Assembly: GCA_964436385.1 (NCBI GenBank)
Contig: CAYTCO010000002.1
Location: 12,720-76,719, forward strand
Reading direction: 5' to 3'
DNA length: 64,000 nucleotides
DNA from: an uncultured Gammaproteobacteria bacterium
GTDB lineage: Bacteria > Patescibacteriota > Microgenomatia > Levybacterales > GWA1-39-11
Part shown: positions 8,360-16,878 of the stretch, one piece after another
Layout of the letters: the number at the start of each line of letters is the position of its first letter
Position numbering within the stretch: position 1 is the stretch's first letter
The notes under the pieces: generated by a model
Seen by the model: the letters and a program-made list of their open reading frames with translations, nothing else
Told to the model about the DNA's origin: nothing
The model's database searches: none
Program-made: the position numbers and the translations under genes

Positions 8360-8368
8360 TGGTATAAT
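8360..8368 (+). promoter_or_regulatory. extended -10 promoter element (TGGTATAAT) for the 8377 ORF
   Basis: TG at 8360-8361 and TATAAT at 8363-8368. Only 8 nt separate the -10 box from the ATG at 8377, implying a leaderless or near-leaderless mRNA. Confidence 0.45.
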
Positions 8369-8376
8369 CCGCGAGT

Positions 8377-9159
8377 ATGAATGCAGAAAATACCCCCGAA
8401 ATACCGCAGGAAGATTTATTCCTTTCTAGAAATTACCCTGTAACTTTGAGTGTTTCAGCAGGCAATATGACAACTATAGTGTCATTAATTAAAGAAGCTG
8501 ATCCAACTAATTTTGATTTTGCAAAGAACGAGCATTTTAGAAACTGGAGTTCTTCAAGCATTATTATTGAAAAGGCGGTTGAAAATTCTGAAGGTAACCC
8601 TGGATTTACTGTTTCAATTTTGCCATCAGAAATAGAAGCGCTTGATAGAGTGCGAATCGATACATATTTTGCTGATGAAAGTGAGTCCGATAGCATGGTA
8701 GCCGTAATTGGTGAGCTCAAAGAAGATTACGACACTGTACTATTAAAAGTTAACCCTAAAGCAGAGCCATACTTTGAGAGCACAAAGGAAACCAGATTTC
8801 TGGTGAATGAAAATGTTGGTGAACTTATAAAAAAGACTTACAAAACCTACTTTGAGCTATTGGATGGCATGAATCCAACTGAAGAAGAAAAGAAGATGGT
8901 CGAATCATTTGCTAAAGCGTTGACGCAAATTGAGGGAAGAAAAGATGTTAATATTTGGATAGTTCTAACACAAGGGGACATGGAGAGGATAACGTCAGAA
9001 ATTTTTGAGCAGATGGCAATTTTGTCAAAAGAAAAACCCGACAGTATAGATTTGGAAGATTTTAGAATATCATTTAGGACTTTAGTCAATACATTTGTTA
9101 CGTGGGGTGGGAAAGAAACAAAGTCATACCGCGAATTTAAGCAATTGCAAAAAAAATAA
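8377..9159 (+). CDS. hypothetical acidic protein
   Basis: 260-aa ORF with a promoter-proximal ATG. No recognisable motif. Confidence 0.55.
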   Translation: MNAENTPEIPQEDLFLSRNYPVTLSVSAGNMTTIVSLIKEADPTNFDFAKNEHFRNWSSSSIIIEKAVENSEGNPGFTVSILPSEIEALDRVRIDTYFADESESDSMVAVIGELKEDYDTVLLKVNPKAEPYFESTKETRFLVNENVGELIKKTYKTYFELLDGMNPTEEEKKMVESFAKALTQIEGRKDVNIWIVLTQGDMERITSEIFEQMAILSKEKPDSIDLEDFRISFRTLVNTFVTWGGKETKSYREFKQLQKK

Positions 9160-9180
9160 CTTAAGTAATAATATATTCAT

Positions 9181-9513
9181 ATGGGTGATTGTATTTTTTG
9201 CGAAATTGTAAGAGGGGACATTCCAAAGGACTTTAAATTCAAGGACGAGAACGTACTTGCATTTGATGATATACATCCCGTTGCGAAAGTTCACGTTCTA
9301 TTTATCTCAAAAGAACACGTAAATGCATTTGAAGAGCTTCATGACGATGATGTATTAAGCTCGATAAGAAAAGGTATCCAAAAAGTTGTTGAGCAAAATG
9401 ATTTGGTTGGAAAAGGATATAAGATTATAGCTAATGGAGGCGGCGGACAAGTAATTAATCATCTCCATTTTCATCTAATAGGCCCTACTGGTCTTAATGC
9501 TCCTGTTAAATAA
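9181..9513 (+). CDS. HIT-family (HinT-like) nucleotide hydrolase
   Basis: 110 aa. N-terminal CIFCEI and the histidine triad HLHFHLIG. Confidence 0.9.
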   Translation: MGDCIFCEIVRGDIPKDFKFKDENVLAFDDIHPVAKVHVLFISKEHVNAFEELHDDDVLSSIRKGIQKVVEQNDLVGKGYKIIANGGGGQVINHLHFHLIGPTGLNAPVK

Positions 9514-9645
9514 TATTTAATATTTATTATTTAGTATTTAATATAAATTTAGGTTTTTTGCGGAGGTTTAAATTCAGGTAGAAATGTAATATAATAAATC
9601 CGTCTTAGAGTAAATGAGACATATGAAAGGTGGTGTTTTGTATTT

Positions 9646-9831
9646 ATGGTTTTTGTAAAAAAACAACCGGGCGATAGTCCCGACCAAATGATTAGAAAAT
9701 TTAGTAGAAAAGTGATGTCTGAGGGCATTATCCACGAGATGAAGAAAAGAGAATTTCATCTCAAGCCATCACTTGCTAAGAAATTTAGAAAAGAGCTTGC
9801 CCGAAAGATGAACAAGCATAATAACTATTAG
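9646..9831 (+). CDS. rpsU: 30S ribosomal protein S21
   Basis: 61 aa and basic. The pattern MIRKFSRKV...GI..EMKKREFHLKPS matches the S21 family. GAAAGGTGGTG lies upstream. Confidence 0.8.
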   Translation: MVFVKKQPGDSPDQMIRKFSRKVMSEGIIHEMKKREFHLKPSLAKKFRKELARKMNKHNNY

Positions 9832-9922
9832 TTGGGATCGCTAGGATAAAGAAGTAAGAATAAAGTATAAAGAACCCCTTAATACTTGCTTCTTAATACT
9901 TAATTCTTTTCCCGTTTTGTCT

Positions 9923-10309
9923 ATGAATAGTATTTCAATCCCCATTTACGTGGAGAGTCGGTATAAAGTTAATCGCAAAAAGATTAAGGAGAAAATTATT
10001 ACCGTTCTTCTAAAACAGAATATAAAAAGTGCAGTTGAAGTATCAGTTGCTGTTATTGGGAATCGAAAGATGAAAGCTTTAAATAAGCAGTATAGGCAGA
10101 TTGATAAGCCAACAAACGTTCTTTCATTTTCTCAAAATGAAGGAGATGTAGTTATGCAACCTCCTGACAAGCTTTACCTTGGGGATATTGTAATATGCTA
10201 TCCCGTAATTATCGAAGAGTGTGCAAGAGACAACATGCTAATTGATGAGAAAGTGAATGAGTTAGTCGAGCACAGCCTCATGCATCTTTTAGGATTTCAC
10301 CACAGATAG
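9923..10309 (+). CDS. ybeY: rRNA maturation endoribonuclease YbeY
   Basis: C-terminal zinc motif HSLMHLLGFHH (HxxxHxxGxxH). The track ORF starts at TTG 9917; the ATG at 9923 is more likely. Confidence 0.9.
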   Translation: MNSISIPIYVESRYKVNRKKIKEKIITVLLKQNIKSAVEVSVAVIGNRKMKALNKQYRQIDKPTNVLSFSQNEGDVVMQPPDKLYLGDIVICYPVIIEECARDNMLIDEKVNELVEHSLMHLLGFHHR

Positions 10310-10413
10310 AAGAATAAAGTGCTAAGAATTAAGTATTAAGGGTTTACTCCACAATTTTTATCATTTATACTGCTTGTGCTTTATACTTGCTTCTTTATTC
10401 TTAATTCGAATCT

Positions 10414-11880
10414 ATGGTTTACTACCGCAAATACAGACCTCAAAAAATCTCTGAACTAGATCTTGATACCGTCAGGGAAAAATTAACAGCAATCTTGTCA
10501 TCTAAAGAACTTCCTCATGCATTTCTTTTTACAGGAAGTAAAGGTCTTGGTAAGACATCTGCTGCTAGGATACTGGCAAAAGCAATCAATTGCGAAGCTA
10601 GGGCAGGGGGCACAGGGCAGAGATTGAGTACTCCGACCTCCGAACTAAGCCCTAGTATTGAACCGTGCAACGAATGTGAAGCATGTGCCTCAATTACTAA
10701 TGGATCAAATATTGACGTCTTAGAAATTGATGCTGCTTCAAATGGTGGAGTGGAGGAGATAAGAACTCTGCGTGAAAGAGTAAAATTTGCTTCATCAACA
10801 CTTCGTAAGAAAGTCTACATAATCGACGAAGTGCATATGCTATCAACTGGAGCATTTAACGCACTATTAAAAACGCTTGAAGAACCACCACCACATGTAG
10901 TTTTTATTCTTGCCACGACAGAACTTCATAAATTGCCAGCAACTATTGTATCTCGGGCTTTTCAAGTTCAATTTGAAAAACCAACTACCGAGCAAATAGC
11001 AAGAAGTCTCCAGAGAATAGTTGAGGGGGAAGGTCTTGTGGTAGAGGGCGGAGTCTTAGAAAAAATTTCTGAAATATCCGACAACGCATTTAGGGATGCA
11101 GCTAAAAATCTTGAGGAATTGATGCTGGCATCAAAAAACGAGAAGTTAACTCTAGACCTTTTTGACAGTGTTTTTAGAACGAGTGGATTAGAGGAGGCGG
11201 TGGCAGAGCTTCTGGTAGCTTTATCATTCCGTGATGCAAAAAAAGGGCTTGAGATTATAGTTTCTCTTTCAAATTCAGGTGCAGATTTCAAAATCGTAAC
11301 AAGTAGAATAGTCGATCATTTAAGAGAGCTTTTAATGTTGAGAAATGGGATCGAAAGTAATGCGACTGACATTAAAGATTTAAATCTCACAAATATAAAG
11401 GAATTATTAGAGCTTTCTAGTGAGGCATATGCAGAGCTTAAAATGTCAGTAATCCCCAGTCTGCCACTGGAGCTTATGATTGTGAAGTATTGTATTTTGG
11501 ACAGGGAAGAGGTCGGAGATCGGAGGGCGGAGGAGACAGAAGGCATAAGACATAAGACAGAAGGCAGAAGACAAGAGACAGTAGAGATTAGACAGGAGAA
11601 AAAAAACCAATCACCAATAATCACCAGTCACCAATCACCAACCACGAATTTGCTTCCAAAGCTTATTGCTGAGTTGAATCGAATAAACAAACCTGGGGCG
11701 GCGCTTTTAAGATCTGCAAAAGAGGCAGTACTTTCAGGGGATAGTCTTGCAATTTTAACTCCATTTCCAATACATGCTGATAGATTAAAGTCGGAAAACG
11801 TTCTTTCCGACCTAAAACAAGCTGCAGAGGTAATAGTTGGAAAAAAAGTAGAGGTTGTTATTTCAACTAATGTTGACTAG
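10414..11880 (+). CDS. dnaX: DNA polymerase III subunit gamma/tau
   Basis: 488 aa. YRPQKISEL, Walker A GSKGLGKTS, a Cys-rich zinc module, Walker B IIDEVHML and the TLEEPP and SRA motifs. Confidence 0.9.
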   Translation: MVYYRKYRPQKISELDLDTVREKLTAILSSKELPHAFLFTGSKGLGKTSAARILAKAINCEARAGGTGQRLSTPTSELSPSIEPCNECEACASITNGSNIDVLEIDAASNGGVEEIRTLRERVKFASSTLRKKVYIIDEVHMLSTGAFNALLKTLEEPPPHVVFILATTELHKLPATIVSRAFQVQFEKPTTEQIARSLQRIVEGEGLVVEGGVLEKISEISDNAFRDAAKNLEELMLASKNEKLTLDLFDSVFRTSGLEEAVAELLVALSFRDAKKGLEIIVSLSNSGADFKIVTSRIVDHLRELLMLRNGIESNATDIKDLNLTNIKELLELSSEAYAELKMSVIPSLPLELMIVKYCILDREEVGDRRAEETEGIRHKTEGRRQETVEIRQEKKNQSPIITSHQSPTTNLLPKLIAELNRINKPGAALLRSAKEAVLSGDSLAILTPFPIHADRLKSENVLSDLKQAAEVIVGKKVEVVISTNVD

Positions 11881-11881
11881 C

Positions 11882-11912
11882 AAAACCCCCCTCCGCATAA
11901 AGCTTCGGGGGG
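11882..11912 (-). terminator. stem-loop terminator serving the minus-strand islet genes (possibly bidirectional)
   Basis: CCCC(CC)TCCG-cataaagctt-CGGGGGG. On the minus strand the stem is followed by TTTTG. It lies between the dnaX stop (11880) and the stop of the 104-aa ORF (11947). Confidence 0.5.
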
Positions 11913-11946
11913 CGTTGCACAATGAGAATTTATGGATTTGCTCGGA

Positions 11947-12261
11947 TTACCCGATGCCTGTCTGGACGAGCACAATAAGGGCGATCATCAGGATGGCCGA
12001 AAGGATGAAGAGCAACTCACCGGTTAGCTCCTCCGGATCACCCTTGTTGGCATTCCAGCTCATGACCGCTCCAGCGAATACGCCCCCAATAAGAGAGAGT
12101 GCGATCGGGTAGACGAGAAGATCGAAGTACCCGGCGAACAGGATCACGAGTAAGAAGCAGGCAACATTTACGACGAAATAAATTGCCGATAGAATCTTGC
12201 CCCCAGGATTGCTGTTTCTGCTAGTCCACCAGCCTATGCTGAACATTGGTGTATGATTCAT
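11947..12261 (-). CDS. small membrane protein (104 aa, about 3 TM helices)
   Basis: ORF in the ~50% GC islet. GGGAGGTGAGAAA sits immediately before ATG 12261; the track's upstream start at 12276 would include this RBS. Confidence 0.55.
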   Translation of the reverse strand: MNHTPMFSIGWWTSRNSNPGGKILSAIYFVVNVACFLLVILFAGYFDLLVYPIALSLIGGVFAGAVMSWNANKGDPEELTGELLFILSAILMIALIVLVQTGIG

Positions 12262-12314
12262 TTTCTCACCTCCCATCGGTGAAGACTTGGTGCCCCGTGT
12301 TACCGGGACTTTTT

Positions 12315-12527
12315 CTAGAACTCTTCGAGCTCGTTTTCTTTAAGGCTCAGTCCAGACATGAAAGCGATCAGTATCAGGACGCAAGCCACAACGGCTAAGG
12401 CTAGTGCCAAGGTTTTGTTCCAGTCATTTTGGTAGGTTGCAACAATTACCCCTCCCGCAATTGCGGCAAAAGCAAGCGCAACCACAACAAGTGTCCAGGT
12501 GACTTTAGCATTTGTGTGCGAAAACAT
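12315..12527 (-). CDS. small membrane protein (70 aa, 2 TM helices)
   Basis: AGGAGGTGAGAAA sits immediately before the ATG, so the 15 nt GGAGGTGAGAAAATG are identical to the neighbouring ORF. Two hydrophobic helices. Confidence 0.55.
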   Translation of the reverse strand: MFSHTNAKVTWTLVVVALAFAAIAGGVIVATYQNDWNKTLALALAVVACVLILIAFMSGLSLKENELEEF

Positions 12528-12588
12528 TTTCTCACCTCCTTTCAGAAGTAAGCTTGGTATTCTGCCGTGCTCCGTTTGACGGGGATGC

Positions 12589-12774
12589 TCAGGAAATGAT
12601 GTAAAGGATACAACAGCCAGGATGACGGTCGTTTAATGGGCTTTTGCAGGATTGCTCGTGCCCAATGTCGGTAAAAGTCCTACAGTCCATGCAGTAAACT
12701 GAACAAACTGTAAGGTCACAGACGCTGCAAGTTCTAGGCTTGCCTTCAAGAACGGGTTCTTTCGTAACTGCCAT
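12589..12774 (-). CDS. small cysteine-rich protein (61 aa, 8 Cys)
   Basis: GGAGGGAGAAC precedes ATG 12774. Sequence MAVTKEPVLEGKPRTCSVCDLTVCSVYCMDCRTF...GCCILYIIS. The track start at 12801 would include the RBS. Confidence 0.45.
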   Translation of the reverse strand: MAVTKEPVLEGKPRTCSVCDLTVCSVYCMDCRTFTDIGHEQSCKSPLNDRHPGCCILYIIS

Positions 12775-12977
12775 GTTCTCCCTCCATGGTTTCCACCTCA
12801 TACACAGATATGTACAAAGCGGAAACCACGTGGGGTTTATCCATAAATTTCAAAGTGCCAGCCTCGCAAAGACTCGTGCGAGTCTAGGCGGGCAATAAAA
12901 ATCTTTGAGGCAAATCATAGAAAGCTTGTTCTTTGGTAACCTCAAAAATACTTGGATATTATACACCACGCGTCACC

Positions 12978-13493
12978 CTATAGGAGTTTTTCCTTAATCA
13001 TTGCTTGCACCCAAGGAGCGAGTTGGGAATAGAGTCTTGATTTTTTGTCATACAATTCTTTTTTTGAAACTACTGAATACCCATAGGCAACATCCGTAAC
13101 AATCGTTGGAAGTTTTTTTATCTCACAAACAACCACGTTGCACACTTCGTGCTCTGTATAAATACTAAATTTATCCCTAGCTTTGTAGTATATCGTTCCT
13201 AGGTCATTAGGCTTTCTTAAAAGACTTTTTTTATCCAAATTCCACTCCCTTTTTAAAGTCAAAAGAGTTGCTTCAATCGTGTCTTGTAGTTTTTCTCCGT
13301 CATAGACTTGATGAGAGGAAGAGGTAACATCCAATACTCCATCAAATACAGGATGTTTTCTGTGCTGGACAATAAGATCTCCTTTGTAAAAAATCGCAAC
13401 GGTAAAAGCACGATGCAAAACCGCTTTTTCGTGGGCCTCCCAGCGTTCAATTGCTCCCAATATGTTGCCGCGTTTGTCGCATTTGGCAATCAT
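12978..13493 (-). CDS. idi: isopentenyl-diphosphate delta-isomerase, type 1 (Nudix-like)
   Basis: HEKAVLHRAFTVAIFYKGDLIVQHRK ... SSSH ... YTEHEV matches the IDI-1 pattern. Start chosen at MIAKCDKRGN; the longest ORF extends to 13556. Confidence 0.75.
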   Translation of the reverse strand: MIAKCDKRGNILGAIERWEAHEKAVLHRAFTVAIFYKGDLIVQHRKHPVFDGVLDVTSSSHQVYDGEKLQDTIEATLLTLKREWNLDKKSLLRKPNDLGTIYYKARDKFSIYTEHEVCNVVVCEIKKLPTIVTDVAYGYSVVSKKELYDKKSRLYSQLAPWVQAMIKEKLL

Positions 13494-13574
13494 GATTTTT
13501 TGTTTGTAATAAGCACTCTTTGAGTTTTTCATAAAAGGATTATATAACATCCCCATTATGTTATACTATGCCGC

Positions 13575-14696
13575 GTGAGCTTACGAGATTATTTAACTGC
13601 AAAAAAAAGACGGGAATTTCTGGAACTTGAAAATAAGATAGATCTATCTCCAATGGCATCTCAACTCGAGGAAAATCCTGACGTTCATTGTGAAAATCTA
13701 ATTGGAAGTATCCAAGTGCCAATTGGCGTTGCCGGGCCGCTTCTTATTAACAAAAAGCATGTTTATATTCCTCTTGCAACAACTGAAGGAGCACTTGTTG
13801 CATCTGTAAGTAGGGGCGCAAAAGCTCTATCTCTAAGTCACGGAGTCATTTCAAAATCTTTATATCACGGGACTACCAGAGGTCCCGTTTTTGAAACTAA
13901 TAGTGTTGAAAAAGGTTTGATGCTTAAGGAATGGATAAATACAAATAAAACTTTGATTGCAAAGGAAGCCGCAAAAACTTCAGGCCACATTCTTTACAAA
14001 AGCGCGAAAGTAAAAATTATAGGAGGCAACACTTTTATTCGTTTTGTTTTTGACACAGATAACGCAATGGGCATGAATATGGTAACTATTGCCACTGAGT
14101 CGATCGTAAAGCTTATCGAGAAAAAAACTAAAATAATATGTCTTGCTGTAGCTGGCAATTTTGATTTGGATAAGAAGCCTTCGTGGCTCAATCAGATTGA
14201 GGGACGAGGATTTGAAGTCTGGGCGGAGGGTACAATCAGCAAAGATGTTCTTCACGAAGTCCTACATACAAATGCTAAGGATTTTTACAAAACATGGTTT
14301 TCAAAGTGCATGTTAGGGTCTCACGCATCGGGATCCATGGGGTTTAACTCACATTTTGCAAATGTTGTAGCTGGAATTTTTATTGCAACAGGACAAGATC
14401 CGGCACATGTTGTTGAAGCAAGTCAGGGCATAACCACATGTGAAGTACGCGGAGAAAATCTTTTCATATCTATCAATATGCCGTCACTCATGGTTGGAAC
14501 AGTTGGTGGTGGAACGGTTTTGCCAACTCAAAAAGCGTCCCTTGGGATTATGGGGATTACACCAAAAACTTCATCAAGAGTTCTTGCGGAGTATATAGGA
14601 GGAGCCGTTTTGGCAGGCGAGCTTTCTTTGATTGCCGCTTTATGTACGAGAACTCTAGGTGCTGCTCATAAGAGACTAGGAAGGAGAAAAAAATGA
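13575..14696 (+). CDS. mvaA: HMG-CoA reductase, class I (archaeal/eukaryotic type)
   Basis: 373 aa. The motifs EGALVASVSRGAK, DAMGMNMV and VGTVGGGT. GTG start 7 nt after TATACT (13562-13567). Confidence 0.95.
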   Translation: MSLRDYLTAKKRREFLELENKIDLSPMASQLEENPDVHCENLIGSIQVPIGVAGPLLINKKHVYIPLATTEGALVASVSRGAKALSLSHGVISKSLYHGTTRGPVFETNSVEKGLMLKEWINTNKTLIAKEAAKTSGHILYKSAKVKIIGGNTFIRFVFDTDNAMGMNMVTIATESIVKLIEKKTKIICLAVAGNFDLDKKPSWLNQIEGRGFEVWAEGTISKDVLHEVLHTNAKDFYKTWFSKCMLGSHASGSMGFNSHFANVVAGIFIATGQDPAHVVEASQGITTCEVRGENLFISINMPSLMVGTVGGGTVLPTQKASLGIMGITPKTSSRVLAEYIGGAVLAGELSLIAALCTRTLGAAHKRLGRRKK

Positions 14697-15736
14697 GTGG
14701 AATTGTCGGATACGGAGTCTATATTCCAAAATACAGAATAAAAGTTGAAGAAATTGCAGCAACTTGGAAAAAGGATGCTAGCGAAATCATATCTGGTCTG
14801 AAGGTGCACCAGAAATCTGTTCCTTCAGAAGACGAGGACGCAGTAACAATGGGTATTGAAGCCTCTAGAAATGCATTAAGTTATGCAGGACTAAGCGCCA
14901 ATAAGATACAAGCCGTTTTTGTTGGTTCTGAGAGTCATCCATATGTTGTTAATCCAACGTCAACTACAATTGCAGATCTACTAGGCTTTGGTCATAATTT
15001 ATTTGCAGCCGATTTTGAATTTGCTTGTAAGGCGGCAACAGCAGCGCTTCAGCTAACTGCTTCTTTCGTAAAAAGTAAATCTATTGACTACGGACTTATT
15101 ATTGGAAGTGACACTGCTCAGGCAAAACCTCATGATGCTCTTGAGTACACTGCTGGTTCTGCAGCTGCTGCATACTTAGTCGGAGGATTACAGTCTGAGA
15201 TAATAGCAAAAATTATAGATACTGTTTCATATTCCTCCGACACACCCGATTTTTGGAGAAGAGAGGGAATAAAATTCCCATCACACGCAGGACGATTTAC
15301 AGGAGAGCCTGCTTATTTTGCTCATATCTTTGGTGCATCAAAAATAATTTTTAAGAAAAACAAAGTGAAGCCCGAGGATTTTACTTACTGTGTTTTCCAC
15401 ATGCCCAACGGAAAATTTCCAAGAGTCGCTGCCCGTGAGTTAGGATTTTCAGATCATCAGTTAGCACCTTCTCTAATTGTTGACCATATAGGAAATCCAT
15501 ATTCTGCTTCGGCTCTTACTGGCCTTGCAGCAGTATTGGATATTGCAAAACCGCATGAGAAGATTTTTGTTGCGTCCTACGGTTCAGGGGCCGGCTCTGA
15601 CGCTTTCATCTTGGAAGTAACACAAAATATATCAAAAAAGGATCGGAGTAAAATTACTGTTTCATCATATCTTGAGCAATCGGAATATATATCATATATA
15701 GAATTTTTAAGAAAAACATATCTTCATCTTTTATGA
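14693..15736 (+). CDS. mvaS: HMG-CoA synthase (archaeal-type, short form)
   Basis: 347 aa. GYGVYIPKYRI, SEDEDAVTMG, a thiolase-fold Cys region and SYGSGAGSDAF. ATGA overlap with the HMGR stop. Confidence 0.9.
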   Translation: MSGIVGYGVYIPKYRIKVEEIAATWKKDASEIISGLKVHQKSVPSEDEDAVTMGIEASRNALSYAGLSANKIQAVFVGSESHPYVVNPTSTTIADLLGFGHNLFAADFEFACKAATAALQLTASFVKSKSIDYGLIIGSDTAQAKPHDALEYTAGSAAAAYLVGGLQSEIIAKIIDTVSYSSDTPDFWRREGIKFPSHAGRFTGEPAYFAHIFGASKIIFKKNKVKPEDFTYCVFHMPNGKFPRVAARELGFSDHQLAPSLIVDHIGNPYSASALTGLAAVLDIAKPHEKIFVASYGSGAGSDAFILEVTQNISKKDRSKITVSSYLEQSEYISYIEFLRKTYLHLL

Positions 15737-16878
15737 AAATAGGAATAATCGGTTACTCAACAAGCGAATTTGGTGAACTTTGGGAAAGATCTCCAAGAGA
15801 TCTGGCGTCTGAAGTTATGAGAAGCGCGCTTTCTTCTTTTCACATTGATAAGAAAAATATTGACGCACTTTATGTTGGTAATATGCTTTCCGGAATTTTG
15901 GGAAATCAGGCAAATCTTTCAAGCCTTTACGCCGAGGAACTGGGAGTAGGGGTGGCTTCAGTTAGAGTTGAAGCTGCTTGCGCATCTGGAAGCGTTGCCT
16001 TGCATAACGCAATTCAAGGGGTAAAGAGCGGAACCTACAAGACTGTTATGGTTCTTGGGATCGAGAAAATGACAGATCATCCTCAAGACGAAGTAGTAGC
16101 AGGTCTTATGGCAGCTGGAAGCGACGAGGAAAGAGGAAGCGGTATAACATTTGCTGGTCTTTATGCTCTCATGGCTGTTTCTTATATGGAGAAATATAAA
16201 ATTACTGAAGAAGAACTTGCTTCAATACCTGTTAAGAATCATTTTCATGGGAGCTTTAATCCAAAGGCTCAATTTCAAAATATTATAACAATTGACCAGG
16301 TGATGAGAAGTGCAAAAGTAGCCGATCCCTTAAAGCTTCTGGATTGCTCTCCGATATCTGATGGTGCATCCTGTGTTGTTATATCCTCAGATCCAAAGCT
16401 TCTTAAGAAGGGTTCTGTGCAAATTGTTGCAAGCCAAATTGGAACCTCAAGCGTAGGACTTTGCGGGCGAGAAGATCTCACTTCATTGTCATCTGCAGTT
16501 ATGGCAAGTAAAAAAGCTTATGCGCAAGCACGCGTTAAGCCAGATCAGATAAGTGTTGCGGAAGTCCATGACTGTTTTTCAATAGCTGAGGCAATAGCTC
16601 TTGAGGACTTAGCATTTTCAAAAAGGGGAATGGGTGTTATTGATGTTATGGAGGGAAAAGTCACACTTGGTACTGGCAAGTTGATTGTTAATCCATCTGG
16701 CGGACTTAAAGCATGCGGTCATCCTGTTGGCGCAACAGGTATAAAGCAAATAATAGAGATCACCCAACAGCTTGAAGGAAAAGCGGGAAAAAGACAAGTT
16801 AAAAATGCTTCAATTGGACTTACGCACAACGTTGGTGGGTCAGGAGCTGTTGCTGCTGTCCACATTTTAAGAATATGA
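15733..16878 (+). CDS. acetyl-CoA acetyltransferase (thiolase), archaeal-type
   Basis: 381 aa. VEAACASGS (active-site Cys), GHPVGATG and NVGGSGA. ATGA overlap with the upstream gene. Confidence 0.9.
   Translation: MKIGIIGYSTSEFGELWERSPRDLASEVMRSALSSFHIDKKNIDALYVGNMLSGILGNQANLSSLYAEELGVGVASVRVEAACASGSVALHNAIQGVKSGTYKTVMVLGIEKMTDHPQDEVVAGLMAAGSDEERGSGITFAGLYALMAVSYMEKYKITEEELASIPVKNHFHGSFNPKAQFQNIITIDQVMRSAKVADPLKLLDCSPISDGASCVVISSDPKLLKKGSVQIVASQIGTSSVGLCGREDLTSLSSAVMASKKAYAQARVKPDQISVAEVHDCFSIAEAIALEDLAFSKRGMGVIDVMEGKVTLGTGKLIVNPSGGLKACGHPVGATGIKQIIEITQQLEGKAGKRQVKNASIGLTHNVGGSGAVAAVHILRI

Noticed and set aside
11855-12112. Plus-strand 85-aa ORF overlapping the dnaX end
   Set aside because: It overlaps the better-supported minus-strand membrane ORF, which has a GGAGG RBS, and it crosses the terminator hairpin.
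13259-13523. ORFs 13259-13489 (-) and 13308-13523 (+)
   Set aside because: Both are alternative-frame or antisense ORFs inside the idi gene, whose Nudix/IDI motifs define the real frame.
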